Assembly (NCBI GenBank): GCA_002269645.1
Contig: NIVC01000089.1
Location: 248,001 to 312,000, forward strand
Direction of reading: 5' to 3'
Length of the DNA stretch: 64,000 nt
Source: Macrostomum lignano
Lineage: Eukaryota
The stretch's first letter is position 1. Each line of letters begins with the position of its first letter. The notes beneath the pieces are model-generated. The model was not told where the DNA came from. It did no database searches and saw only the letters and a program-made list of their open reading frames with translations. Of this stretch, positions 48,290 through 61,001 are shown one piece after another. Position numbers and translations under genes: made by a program.

Positions 48290-48860
48290 AAGTTGACTGC
48301 AAGTTGACTGACTGCTTTACAGCTTTTTAACTGGGCATTCTTTAGCGACCGGTGAGGGGGGCTGCGGTCGAGCGTGTCCTGCAAGAGGCAGCCGACCAGG
48401 GAGTTCTATAGAGAGAATCCGGAGTGGCAGGCTCAGTCCTTCGCAGCTTTTATAATTGCTTTACCCAACTTAAAATATTAGCCAATTTGCTCCCACTGAA
48501 TAGGAATAAAGTTCCCTCAACTCAAAAAAATATTAAATCAATTTCAAGCAAACGCCATGGATTACTAAACAAGCTTTTGAATTAGAACTCCACAGTGAAG
48601 TCTTTAAATTATCCAGCTCTTCAGTTTCAGACCAGTGTGGTGTCAGTTCTCACAAACCAGATTTCTTCTCTGGTACTCCATGCAGTCCGCATTTACGATC
48701 GCAAGGAATAGCTGAGCTGATTTCACGCGCTACCAGCATATCGCGGATATTCCACGGCTGCGGACCCGCTCGGCAACAAACCACCCGACACCGAACTCTG
48801 CACCGGAACGAACCAACCCCCCCCCCCTTAAGCAAGGCAGCGACTTCCACAGCAGCGACC
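48290..48860. repeat. Diverged copy of a dispersed repeat also present at 62170-62320 (inverted), 62795-62919 and 63063-63235 (direct) and 51000-51150 (inverted)
   Basis: Shared blocks gggagttc(t/c)atagagagaat..ggagtgg and accagatttcttctctggtactccatgc...cacgcgctaccagcat. Confidence 0.8.
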
Positions 48861-50223
48861 CTGTACCCCGGTACATTGATCTGCTCCGCAACAGGGCTTG
48901 CATTGCCAAGGAGACCGCAATTAGAACCTGGAGTAAGAACTCCTCCCGACTCACCCGTGCTTAACTCAGGCCATGACGGTCGCAATGACGTTAAGGAACC
49001 TTATTTGGTGCAACCGAACTCAGACGCAGCCACCGAGAGTTTCTTTACATGTACTATTATGGAACCCCTTGCTTATTTGCTTTTAAGCCCATCTCGACAG
49101 ATATAGCTACAGCATCTTTTAACTTTTTCACGCTTCGTAAATGAAGAAGCATTTTGCCAATTATTTAAATGCATGTATATATGATCGACAGCAAGAATAT
49201 TGTATAGATTGCCTGCAGAGCATCATTGTCAAAGAACAGCCAAAACCTGGAGCAGCAACTCTTCCAGAAAAACTCAATTTTATAGACAACCGTAATCGTG
49301 CACCTGCATGATGTAATTTGATATTGTTTTTACAAGTGATCTCATGATCGAATTAAAGTTAAACATATTATTTGTTTCTGTCAAAACGTTCTCATTTTCA
49401 GTTGAATTAATCTCCGCAGTCAAGTAAAAAAATCAATGCACGCTGAGCATGTGGGCTCGTAATATGAGCAATCAGATGCATGTCTCGATAAAAGTTTCAT
49501 AACTGCGAACGAGATTTCATAACGTTGTGCTGCAAAAAATATTCAATATACTACAAAATATATTAAACGCAACGCCGAAAATGCTACTGCCTACTGCTGT
49601 GAGTAGCTAGCGTGCTAAACACTTTAAAATATTTGATCATTCGATGCATGGCTTAACTTACGAGGCTGCTATCTAATACCACAGCATTATACAATGATAA
49701 TCTAACAGTCAGAGGATTTTCATGGAAATGAAGACACTGTTTAGCAACCGTTGAGTTATACACACCTATCAGTGATGTTGTGACACTGTTTGAGGTGTTG
49801 TGTTACAATCATACGGAGTTGCCCACAAAGCCATTCGCTACTGAGTGCACAATTAGTCACTAAAAATGCGGGTTAAGCGGATCCGAAGATCAGTGCTCAG
49901 CCGCAGATGTCTTTGCCGAACTTTTCTGTGCACAATCTCCAAACAAATGTGGATGCTCATGGTGTCGATGATTCTGATAACAATATCCATTGCACTTGCC
50001 AAGCTCGCGGATCATTTCGTACTTGCACTCTCGATCAGGATAGAACTGACAACCCATAACAAACTAATTTGCCAAAAGATGGTAGCGGAACTCCCGAATC
50101 AGGCATCGAGTGCCTGAGTTGTCTGCTTCTTCAGTTTATTTCCCCACCAAGCCAGCAGCCACAATCCACATGTACAGAGCAAGCAACGCCTTCACCATTC
50201 CCTGCAACCCAGAGAGTAAAGCG

Positions 50224-51150
50224 AGAATAAGCTTTGCCGCAGCGATTAAGATCTGTCAGAGCTGTCAGTGAGCCGGGCCTCACTGGCCTGCACATCGCTG
50301 GGCTGATTGGCGCCTCCGGCTTACAGGACGCTGCACCTGCGGTATCTGCGCCTAGCGTAGTCGGCCTCATCTCCGGCTTCGTCGGCCGGCACCTCGATGG
50401 CGGCAGCTGAAAAGGACGCAAATGTTTTCAGAGTCCATAATGAGTGACAAATTGATGAGTTACCAAATTCTCAATAAACTACTGATCGATGTCTCTCTTA
50501 CCTGTCATAGCCAGGACGAGCATCGCGGCCACAAAGGCTTGCACTTGCTTGTAGTTCAGCATGACTGCTTTTGGGTTTGAGTTTCTTTGGCTTGCTAAGT
50601 GTGGTGTATAGCTTGAGCAGAAAGTAATTTGCCGAGTTGCAAATATTAACAACAATTATATACACATAAGGGACAGGGAGAGCTACCCCTGCAGGGCTCA
50701 GTTCACGCCAGTGTTTCCACCAGAGCCAGCTGCAAGCAAATCATGAGGGAATTCAACTCACTTTGCTGCTGCGGTGGAGCGCAGATCGTGGGGTGGCGGG
50801 TGGCGCCGCTCGCCTTTGAATCGATGGTGGCGACTCTACTGGCCACCACTGCATAATCATATTGCTGAGTATGCCGAAGCAACACGGGGCTGAGCTGGCT
50901 TGATCAATAACCTCGGTTTTCTCTAAGCTCTCGGGTGCATTGTGAAGACACTGTAACAGCCATTTGCTTTGCTGGGAGCTGCTATGAGAAGGGTCGCTGC
51001 TTTGAGGGGGGGGGGTGTTTCGCTGCGGTGCGGAGTCCTCCAGCGGGATATCCGCGACATGCTGGTAGCGCGTGAGACCAGCTCAGCAATTTCTTGCGAT
51101 CGAAATGCCGACTGCATGGAGTACCAGAGAAGAAATCTGGTTCGTGAAAA
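50224..51150. repeat. Left arm of a near-identical inverted duplication (partner 63073-64000, continuing past the window end)
   Basis: The reverse complement matches 63073-64000 with only a few differences; identical ORF translations at 50703-50885(-) and 63339-63521(+). Confidence 0.93.
50321..50562 (-). CDS. Putative small secreted peptide precursor (48 aa, 2 exons), copy 1
   Basis: Exons 50562-50502 and 50406-50321, with GTAAGA donor and pyrimidine-rich ttttcag acceptor. Product MLNYKQVQAFVAAMLVLAMTAAAIEVPADEAGDEADYARRRYRRCSVL. Confidence 0.55.
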
Positions 51151-53455
51151 GCGACGACGGCACTAGTAGATATATACGCACTGTGAGTGGGATGGATACA
51201 AATCAGCGAACAATGGATAAATAATAAGCGGTCCCAGTGCGTGATAACGATTGTCTGGCGAGCGCCGGTAGACGCGAGCCATAGACAATCGTTGTCACGC
51301 ACTGCGACCGCTGAGTCTTTGCATTGTTTTTCTGTTTGACGATTCTACAGACAATGCATTGTTTGTAGTAATGGATTGTTCTGCATTAAAAATGTGAATA
51401 ATGATCGTCAAATTGCTAAACAATGGGGGTGTCAAATTACTCCAGAAAGGAAAAGCATTACAGAGCGACCATGTCTATGGCGGCTCGCACTGTTAGACCG
51501 CTAACGAGTGCTCAGTCTGCTTCTGAGCGAAAAAACCATGAGGAGTGCTGTGTAACTACTTAACGCGTGTAAAGTGGTCGATTTTTAGGCAGATTTTACG
51601 CAAAAACGCAAATTATACTACTATCTGAAAATGAAGTAAGTAGTATATGAAAACGTGATATATGTACACATAGCATACTTCTATATGTACTTGCATATGC
51701 ACAGTAACCCCCATCTATTCCCAATCCTATATGTACATTGTCTACTTCTATGTCTACATGTACATTAATCCCTATCTAATTTCCCCAATGTACCTCTATA
51801 TGTACACTGTATACTGTACTTGCATTTTAAACCCATATCTACTTCTAGGACAATTTCTATATGTACAGTGTCTACTTCTATGTATGTACATTAATCCCCA
51901 ATCTACACGACAGTCCCCAGCTGTATTTGAAACCCTCTATACAACAGCAGCCAGTTATGTACTGTACATTCTCTCTCTCTCTCTCTTGGAGTAGACGAAA
52001 ATTTCCTAGAGTTTTCCACAGTTTTTTAAATTTTACCATTAAAAGTTAACTTTTGTTGATCAAAATCAGTAAATTCATCACTGGAAACCATAATTTCAAC
52101 AGCTAATTTGTCCAAATGCCGTTTCAACTTTACTTGAGGCGGCTTCGAAGCAGGAATAAATCCCACACGGAAGTCCACCAGCCAGCCCAGCCCAAGAAAT
52201 GGTTAATTGATACTAAATTATTAGAAAGGCCATTTTTTCATAAAAAAAAGTTTTCCTCATTTTTCCGTTTTAACGTTATAAAATGCTTACTTTATGAATC
52301 GAAATCCGTCATTTATCAATAGAAATCATAATTTTAGCTAATAAATCATCACAAATGCTGTTTCATCATTCAAATAGGCATGTTTATTGCCCCCAAGAAG
52401 CTAGACACTAAAAATTGGGGCTAAAAACACAGTCTGCTATTAAACTTAAAGATTTCAGCATTTCAATCGATTTCGATTACTAAATCATGCCATTGATGAT
52501 ATTTTAAACGTTATTCTCAGTTCTGAAGCTCCTAACAGCCTCTTTTAGATGCACTGAATCGGTGTTGTTGCATACTTTGCATTTGAGTCACCTTTCAATT
52601 CAACGATTCCCCGCTATACATTCTAGCCATATTCAAAAGCCAGGACTATTAATCTTCGCCAATATGGAGAGGACAACACCTACCCCAGCCTCACCATGGT
52701 AATTCTTTACCACCGCTTAAATACCATAACTGACTCTCTGTCCCTATAACCCCAGGTGACAGGAAAGCATCCCCAAACATTACGTAAACAGAAGTAGAAA
52801 ACTCCGTCTCTCTGATTTGGCTTGCGACAGGGGATCTCCGTCACCTATATTACTCTTTGATGGATATTTTAGAAGACGGCAAGAGCTTTTCATCGACTAT
52901 TACTCTTCCCCGAGCCTCTGTCAATCAGATGCTTTGCACACAAGTCCCATTTCTCCCAGGTTATTAAATTGATACGCAATTTTGGACAACCATTCTCGCA
53001 AACAGAGACCGACAGGCCTTGAATAACTACAGAAAGTCTCTTTTATATTTTTCATCTCCATTTAGCTATCATGGTCCGCCAAGGTATTGTCTTTTGAATA
53101 AACACCGTTTTCTATCAGATTTAAGTCGAAAAGAAATGCTGCAAAAGGAAGCTGTCTTCTTATTCAAGAGACTGTACTCTGACGGAGCAGCAATTTTCCC
53201 TCCTGCGAGAATGCTGGTTGAGTGGCTCCACTCAGATCCAATAAAATACCGCATGAGAAAGGGTATTTTCGACCCCCAACTTTCTTCACCAAATGCGGAA
53301 CCGAGTGTACAATCGTACACCAATCTAGAAAATATAGACCCGGGGAAAGAAAATCACGCACACTTCTCGTGCCCCTTACCCCACCTTCCCTCTCGCGGGG
53401 TATATAAAGCGGGTGAGAGCTGCTGCTGCCGCATCAGCAAAAGCAGCCGGCAGCA

Positions 53456-53569
53456 GATGCCACAACAGCAGCATCACAGCTAGCAGCAGCAACAGCGAAG
53501 CAAAGGCCTACCAACGGATCACCCTTCCCGTGCGGGTGGCGTCGCGGGAAACCCGCGCCAATTGTTCCG
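53456..53569 (+). ncRNA. Candidate HDV-like self-cleaving ribozyme at the 5' end of the Ingi-like element
   Basis: Manual fold: P1 GAUGCCA (53456-62) / UGGCGUC (53537-43); P2 CGGAUCA / UGUUCCG (one mismatch); P3 CCC/GGG with loop UUCCCGUGC; P4 GCGGG-AAA-CCCGC; J4/2 GCCAA. Confidence 0.55.
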
Positions 53570-56031
53570 GTCTCACTTTCACTGCGCAACTGACCGTGAC
53601 CTGTCAAACCGGTCGCGAAGGGAGGTTGCGCGTCCCCAGAAGACTGTCGTCGATGCCCAAGAACCGAAGAACATGGTCGCACCTCCTGAGCTGGTTTACT
53701 ACATTTCTGCTCCTTGCTGGCGACATCGAAGCCAACCCGGGACCCAGGTTCCCTTGTGGAGCCTGTAGAAAGAACTTCGGCTATGGAGCCGACTGTTCGA
53801 TACAATGTGCGAGGTGCCGCACCTGGAACCACAGAAGGTGCACTGACATCAGCCTAAAGCACTTCGCCACTTTTCTGTCTCTGGCACCCCTTGGGAATGC
53901 CAACCCTGCCGAAACAAGACTGACAATGCGCCGCCGCCAGCCAAACCGACACCTACCAGTACGCCGGTGCTAAATTCGCCACGACAATCTGGCGGCTACA
54001 GACCTGCCGAAAGGCTCCGCACGGCGTGCCACGACGTGAAACAACTTCAAACGAGCGGCACGGCCTCCAGCACGGCCGCCAAAGACGGTAGCGCTCCCAG
54101 GCTAACACCGGTACGCCCGCCCTAATGGATCCGCCCCCGGAGCCGGAAGTGCGGACCCGAAGGCGCAAACCCCTGGTGATTGCCCTTATCCTAAACTGCA
54201 ACGGCCTCAAGAAACGCGCCACAGAACTCGCCAAACTCATCGCCGACAAGCGCCCCCACGTCGTTATGCTCCAAGAGACTTTCCTCCGCCCTAAATCTAC
54301 GGCCCCTCCTTTGCCGGCTACAACATCAGCGGACGAAACGACTACTGCCCGGACGAGACGAACGGCCCCGCTGAAGCAAACCAAGGCGGGATCCTCACCC
54401 TGGTTAGAGATGACACCGCATTCAAAAGACTACAGTCGGCCCATAGGCAACCTAACGATCACACTTGCTACTGCCATGGCACCCAAATCTTTCTCGCGGG
54501 CGCTAAACCAATCCGAGTCATAAACACCTATGTTCCACCGGCTCGCCGCAGCACCCGTGAGGACATCGAGGCCACCTTCAACCCAGATGGGTTCATCCTC
54601 GGCCCTCGCACGCTTATCGCAGGAGACCTTAACGCGCATGCCACCTGCTGGGACCCTTTCCAGAGGGAGGACCAGCTAGGTACTGCGATTGAAGAGTGGA
54701 CTACTAACTGCTGCCTGTCGATACTCATCGACGGAGGCCACACCCACCTTAATCCGGCTACAGGGGGGAAATCAGCTCCTGACCTATGCATCGTCACAGC
54801 CGACCTGGCCAGCCGCGCCGACTGGTGCACCCTTGAGGGTATCGGCTCTGACCACCTGCCGATGCTGGTAAATCTCGACGCCAACGACCCTGTGAAGCCG
54901 AAATCTCCCAGCCGGTTCAACTTCAAAAAGCTGACTGGCAGGCCTTCCGGGTTGACCTTGACTCCAGGCTGGCTAGAATCAAAAACCTACTGAATTCGGC
55001 GTGCTGTTCCGCCGATCGCCATAATCAACTGATCACCAGCGCCCTCACCGGTGCGGCCCGCTAGGCCATCCCCTTCGGCAACGGCCCCAGAAAGCGACAG
55101 CCCTTCTGGAATGAACGCTGCCAGAAAGCTGCGGACCGTCGGGAAGAAAGTCGCCTCTCCCTGATCGAGAGCTCCGATGACCCTGAAAGCATCCGCCGGT
55201 ACTCCGACCTAAAACAAGAGGCCGCCCGTGTCATCCAGGAGGAAAAGAAGCTTGATTTCCGCGAGCGGCTCAGCGCGCTCAGTGCGCTGAGCCGGATGGT
55301 GATATGTGGAGGCTGATCAAACGCTTCGATGGGCGCATACCCAGCTCTAAGCCGGCCGCAGCCTTCGAACGTCCGGCCAGCGGCAACATTTATCCATCGA
55401 ATCCACTCGCGGCCACAGCCCGAGCGAAAGCGGAGCTCTTCTGCAGAGCCTATGCCGAGGTCTCCAGAATTGGAAAAAATAAGGCTGAGGACCGCCCCAT
55501 CATCCAAGAGGCGCGCCGCGCAGTCTTGAACTGCACCTGCGACGGCACCCGCTCCGACATCTGTAGCCCGATCACCAACACCGAACCGGAGCTGGCCACC
55601 AAGCAGCTCAAAAACGGGAAAGCCCCGAGCAATGAACTCCTTCGTCAAGCCTCCCCTCGGGAAAAAGCCGCCTCCTCGAACTCCTCAACGACTGCTGGTT
55701 AAACCGCACCATCCTTGCCGCTTGGAGGCGTGCCGAAATCATCGCTATCCATAAGAAAGGGAAAGACCCTGGGCAGACTGACTCTTCAGGCCCATTTTGC
55801 TTCTCAGCTGCATTGCCAAATTGGCCGAGCTCATCCTCCAGAACCGCCTTTTCCACTGGCTTGAATCGCGCAACCTGTTTAACAAAAACCAGGCCGGTTT
55901 CCGCAAAGGCCACTCAACGATCGACTAACTGGCCCGTATCACCCAGGCCATCTTTGACGCCCTCGAGCAAGGCAAGTCTGAGCGCGCTATCCTGATCCTC
56001 CTGGACTTTGCCAAGGCCTAGGACCGAATCT

Positions 56032-56400
56032 AAGGGGGGCCGTAGCCCAGCGATAGCGCAGCTGCTCTGGTGTGCCAGCGACCCAGGCTCGATTCCAAGT
56101 GCAGTCACATTAATTTGGGGCTGAATTGGAATCTCGGCTTGGCTCTGCTCGTGCAATTAACGGCCTTGAGAGCCAACCCCCCAAGGCGCAGTGAAGTGCA
56201 CATGCCTAACGATAATATAAAGTTAGGGCCGCTGTACACTCCTGTGTGCTTGTGTGCCTGCGTACGTATCCGCGCGCTTGTATGCCTGCTCAGGGGAGTC
56301 GGCGGAATGGGTAGTAATGCCTCTCGCCGGTTGTGTGCCTATGTCGCTTAAAGTGCGCCAGGGTGCACACAACCCCCCTGCCTCTAATAAAAAAATAAAA
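56032..56400 (+). mobile_element. tRNA-derived SINE inserted in the RT of the Ingi-like element
   Basis: TSD gaccgaatct (56022-56031 / 56402-56411); A-box-like tagcccagcga, B-box-like ggctcgattcc; A-rich tail. Removing it restores DFAKA(Y)DRIWRPGLYDKM. Confidence 0.9.
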
Positions 56401-57829
56401 CGACCGAATCTGGCGACCCGGCTTGTATGATAAAATGGCCAGACTCGGCATCCCGGCCCATGTCATCCGCTTCGTCAAGAACCTCCTCTCTGATCGCCGC
56501 GCCAGAGTCCGCTGGGACGGCATCTGCTCCAACTGGAGAGTCTTTACGGACGGCCTCCCTCAAGGATCAGTTCTCGCACCCCTCCTCTGGCTGATCTACG
56601 TTAACGACATCGACGACGGCCTCGACGATAGGGTGCATCGATCTCTCTTCGCGGATGACACGGCAATACTGACCACTGGCCGTAGCCTGCAAGAGTGCAC
56701 GGATTGCGCCCAGCCGGCCCTCGATGCCATTGTTTGTTGGACTAAACGCTGGAAAGTCCAATTGAGCACTCACAAGTGCAGCTTCACCACCTTCACTCTC
56801 AATCCCGCGGAATGTGGCGGCAAAGTGCGCTAAGGGGTTCTGCATCGAAAATGAGCCCCTGCGTTACGAAGCTGAATCCACCTTCTTGGGCTGGGCCTCA
56901 AATTCGATGACCAGTTGACTTTCTCCAGACACGTCGATTTGGTCAAAACTAGGATGGCTAATCGACGCAACTGCTTGCTGGCCATCGCAGGCAAACACTT
57001 CGGAACTGATAGAACTACCCTCCGAACCGCCTACACCGCCTACATACGCTCCATCTTGGACTATGGCTCCTCGATCTAGTTCACCCACGCGGCCCCCACG
57101 AACCGCTACAAGCTGGAAGCCGAACAGAACAAATGCGCCCGCATTATCACGGGCTGCCCTTGGAATCACTAACAGGCGGACCCTGCTTGCGGAGGCTGGC
57201 CTACCTGCCCTATTCCTCAGAGCGCTGGATCAGGCTGCTAGAGAATACACCAGGCTGAACCTCCTCCCGACCGGGGACCCCGCCCGCCGCCCGTCAAGCC
57301 CGCCTCCGCTGCAGGGCTCATGAAGCTCTCCTCAAGAGTGAAACCGATCCGAAAGCGGACCCCGTTGACGAAGACGTCCTGGCTCTTTCTTTCAAACCGT
57401 GCTTCCAGAGGATCGGCCAGTGGCTGACCAACCTTGCAGTCGGACAGCTGACTCCACAAGAACTACCGGCACCCCTGCCTCCGTGGACCCCCTTCCCAGA
57501 AGAGGTCACCATTGCCACGGACCTACACAAAGCCACGCGGTGCTCAGACCCGGCCGCTGAAAGATGTCAGGCGGCGACTGAGACAATTGCCCTCCATCGG
57601 TCAGAATTTTAGTCACCATGCACATTTTAATTGCAGATTTGGCTAAATTTCCACCCCCGCCCCAGCCCGACACTGTCGAAGGCAACGGTAAGGAGTTGAT
57701 TTTATTTCATGAGTCATTCACCCGCCGCCGCCGCTTGCAATTCTAATTTCAAGCGCTCCAATTTTTCAGGCTTCATTGCGCGCCTTGGCGGGGCAAAGGC
57801 TCTGCCTAAATTTAAGGCAAAAGACTACA

Positions 57830-60518
57830 AGTATGCAGTATCGCTCACAGCAGATATGGTTGATATTCGAGCGTTTGAACGTTTGATGGAATAATTTCTG
57901 TGCTCTGCGCGGACCTGCACGCCGATGATTTTGTCGCGGCTAAACTGACTGCTGACAACATGTTGCTGACCGTCAATGTCGATTTGGGGGAGAATTTCTC
58001 CAATTGCGTCACCCACTCAGACTGTGCCTGCCAAATGGCCGACTTTGTGGCAGTGGGCTCGAGCCCGCTGAATGCATTTTTTCGCCTGGCTGAGCACAAC
58101 ATTCCGAGGCGGCGCCATAGTTGCGGCTCACAATGCATCTGACTACGATGCTATTTTGCTGCTCGGCGCTCTACTCAACGGCCTGGCCAAGAAGCGGCCA
58201 CAAGTGGTGTTTCAAGGCAGCCGGCTAATGTGCATGACGGTTGACAAGTTGGTTTTTAAAAACTCGCTCAACTTTATGCCAATCCTGCTTGCACAATTCC
58301 CAAAGCGCTGGGCCTTGCAACAAAGCTGGCCAAGGGGACCTTTCCCCACGAGTTCAACAAGCCGGCCGATTGGAACTACGTGGGCCCCTACCCGGCTATT
58401 GATTACTACGGCGGCAAGGCCAACAAGGAATACGACTCCATCTGTGCATGGTTGGCCTCGCGACAGGGCGAGTTGTTCAACCTTAATCGGGAATATCTCG
58501 ATTATTGTTTGAGCGACACAGTCCTGCTTCGCGAGGGCTGTGTAGCTCAAGTACAGGGCGATAATTGCAGACATTTGCGATGGGCTTGAACCATTTGTTC
58601 AGGCTGTCATTCTCGGCCGCAAGGTGAAAGGCTTCGATGAGGCTACAAACATTGTTTTGCAGTTTCATGGCTGCTTCTACCATGGCTGCGAGCAGTATAT
58701 GCCCGACCAGGATGTTGTCCACCCACTAAAGCGGCAGCCTCTGAGCCACATCCGCCACGAGACTGAGCGGTTCACTCGCGAGTTGGAGCGGCATAATTAC
58801 AGTGTTCGTGTCATTTGGGAGCATGAATATGACACTGTATTGGCATCGCAGGCTGATTTTATCGCCGCAACTGCCCATCTGCGTGCACCGCTCAAGATGG
58901 AGGATGCGCTCTACGGTGGTCGAGTAGAATGCTTCATCCCGCATGCTATGGCCAGTGATACTGAGGCGCTCAAATATCAGGATGTGGTGAGTAGTGATAC
59001 TACTAATGTAGTAGAATATTTTGCAAAATATGAAATACAGTTTATGAGAAATACTGTTTTATTTCAACTGGCAGGTCTCTCTGTACCCGACGGTACAATC
59101 AAAAGACGCGTACCCGATTGGCCACCCGGTGCACCACCCGACGCCGCAGACACTCGACTCTGACGCGCTGGCCAGCTACTTTGGCATTGCCGAAGTAACA
59201 GTGCTGCCGCCGTCAGATCTGCACATTCCGCTGTTGCCATACAGGGTGCAGAAGAAGCTCATTTTTGGGCTTTGCCGCACCTGTATGGAGCAGCAGCAGG
59301 AGCAGTGCAGCCGCGAGTGCTGCAGCCACTCAGACCAGGAGCGGGCGCTGACGGGTACCTGGGCAACGCCGGAGCTGCGCAAGGCCTTCTAGTTGGGCTA
59401 CCGTCTGGAAGCCGGGCACGCGCTAGCCTACTGGACAGAGCAGAGGACCGGCCTGTTCAGCGAGTCAACACCTTTCTCAAGCTGAAGGCCGAGTCGAGCG
59501 GCTCCCCCGGCATGACTGACGATGAGCGGGCTGCCTAAATTGCCGATTTTTACTCCAAGGAAGGCGTCAAGCTGGACGGGGTCGAGCCCAACCCAGGACT
59601 TCGCTTTGTGGCGAAAATCTTTTTGAATTCGAAAGTAATCATAATTCTGCTTGTTAAAATATTTATTTTACTAACAGTAGCAGCACAAACCCAATATTTT
59701 CACAGGCTCTGGGGTAAATTCTGTCAGCGCGATGACCTGAGATTGTGTCCAGCTACGAGGACTGGCTCGCCCGGCTGACCGATCCGAAACTCCAGGTCAA
59801 GGCCTGCGAGCCGATTGGCAGCGAGTTTATGCTGCTGCTGCTGGAGTACCGGCACCGCTACTTTAATCAGCGGCCGTTCCGCTACTCCAACGTACCAATC
59901 GGGGTCCTTACGACCAAGCAGGCCCGACTGCGCCTGCCTGTACGAGGCCTTGGAGGGTCTCGGCGAACGGGCCATTTATTGCGACACCGACTCGTAAGTA
60001 TTGGCTGGATAGATTCTTTTAGAATTGATTACGTATAGACATGTAAATAAGATTTAGTACCTGACTAATTGCCCACCCACACACACAGGGTCGTTTACCG
60101 CCATTCCGAGGGCCAATGGGAGCCGGCCCATGGCACGAGCCTCGGAATGTGGACCGACGAGGTGCCTGCAGGCAGCCAAACGACCGACTTTGTAAGTGGA
60201 GGGCCCAAGCTCTACACTTACATTGTCGAGGATGCGGCCGGTGCCCGGAGCCAGGTCCTGAAATGCAAGGGCATTCACCTGACGCCAGAGATTTGGGAGC
60301 GCAGTGAGGACCTGCGCAGCGCCCTGCTGCACGGCGGCTCTCTGCAGCTGTCGCAGTTTCAGTTCAGGCGCGACAAGACGTCTTGTACCATCCATACGAT
60401 CAATATGGACAAGACGTTTCAGCGCGTGCTGACAGGGACTACTCAAATAGCGCCTACCTCCAGGATGTTCGGTAGGGCCTTTTTCCATCGCTCTCGCTCA
60501 ACCGAGTTTCGTAGCTAA
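57830..60518 (+). pseudogene. Protein-primed family B DNA polymerase (Polinton-type), decayed, with three spliceosomal-type introns
   Basis: Exonuclease motifs HNASDYD, SLNF, KGTFPH, YCLSD; inserted nuclease-like FHGCFYHGC...VIWEHE; ALYGGR; YQDV^VSLYP; YPIGHP; GTWATPE; AKIFLNS^LWGKF; YCDTDS^VVY; GGPKLY; KCKG. In-frame stops at 59390 and 59536 plus several frameshifts. The 5' boundary is approximate. Confidence 0.9.
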
Positions 60519-61001
60519 TCGTTCGGACTCATAAATAACTTGCAGCCAACAACGCTGCACTTTCTTGGCATTGATGCCAAGCAGAAAAATCGAGCTTGTC
60601 CTACTCGTCTGCCAGAAACTTAGCTGCTATAATGCCAGCATCCCCTGCTGGACTGCAGTCGAAATAGCGGTATCACAATTAAGCTTCAAATAATAGAAAA
60701 TAACCATAGACAACAAAGTATCGCTCTATACAAATAAGCCAGCCAGCCTCGTCAGCTGCTAACAAACCAGCCTCGTAATAACTTCACCATGATTTGCCTA
60801 GTTTCCCGTCCCGATGTTTGAGTAGTCCCTGCGTGCTGACTAAACGAGTGTACGGCGGCGGGGTTGTGCGCAGCCGGCCTTATGGCTATAAATAATGCTG
60901 GCCCTTGTGGTTATAAACTGACTATAAATGGACATCAAAACATTTTGTATTGTGTGCGGTATATTTGTCAGAGTAAAATCTATTTGTTGTACATATTTTA
61001 C

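Larger units (their letters stand above)
53456..57605 (+). mobile_element. Degenerate Ingi-like non-LTR retrotransposon (2A - PHD - APE - RT), 3'-truncated
   Basis: ATG at 53653; LLLAGDIEANPGP; PHD-like CGAC...CARC..WNH..C; APE LNCNG, LQET, GDLNAH, SDH; RT QAGFR, DFAKA, PQGSVLAP, FADD. Many stops and frameshifts; no 3' tail or TSD found. Confidence 0.85.

Noticed and set aside
56032-56105. tRNA gene
   Set aside because: A/B boxes are present, but the sequence continues into a SINE body with A-rich tail and TSD, and no complete cloverleaf forms.
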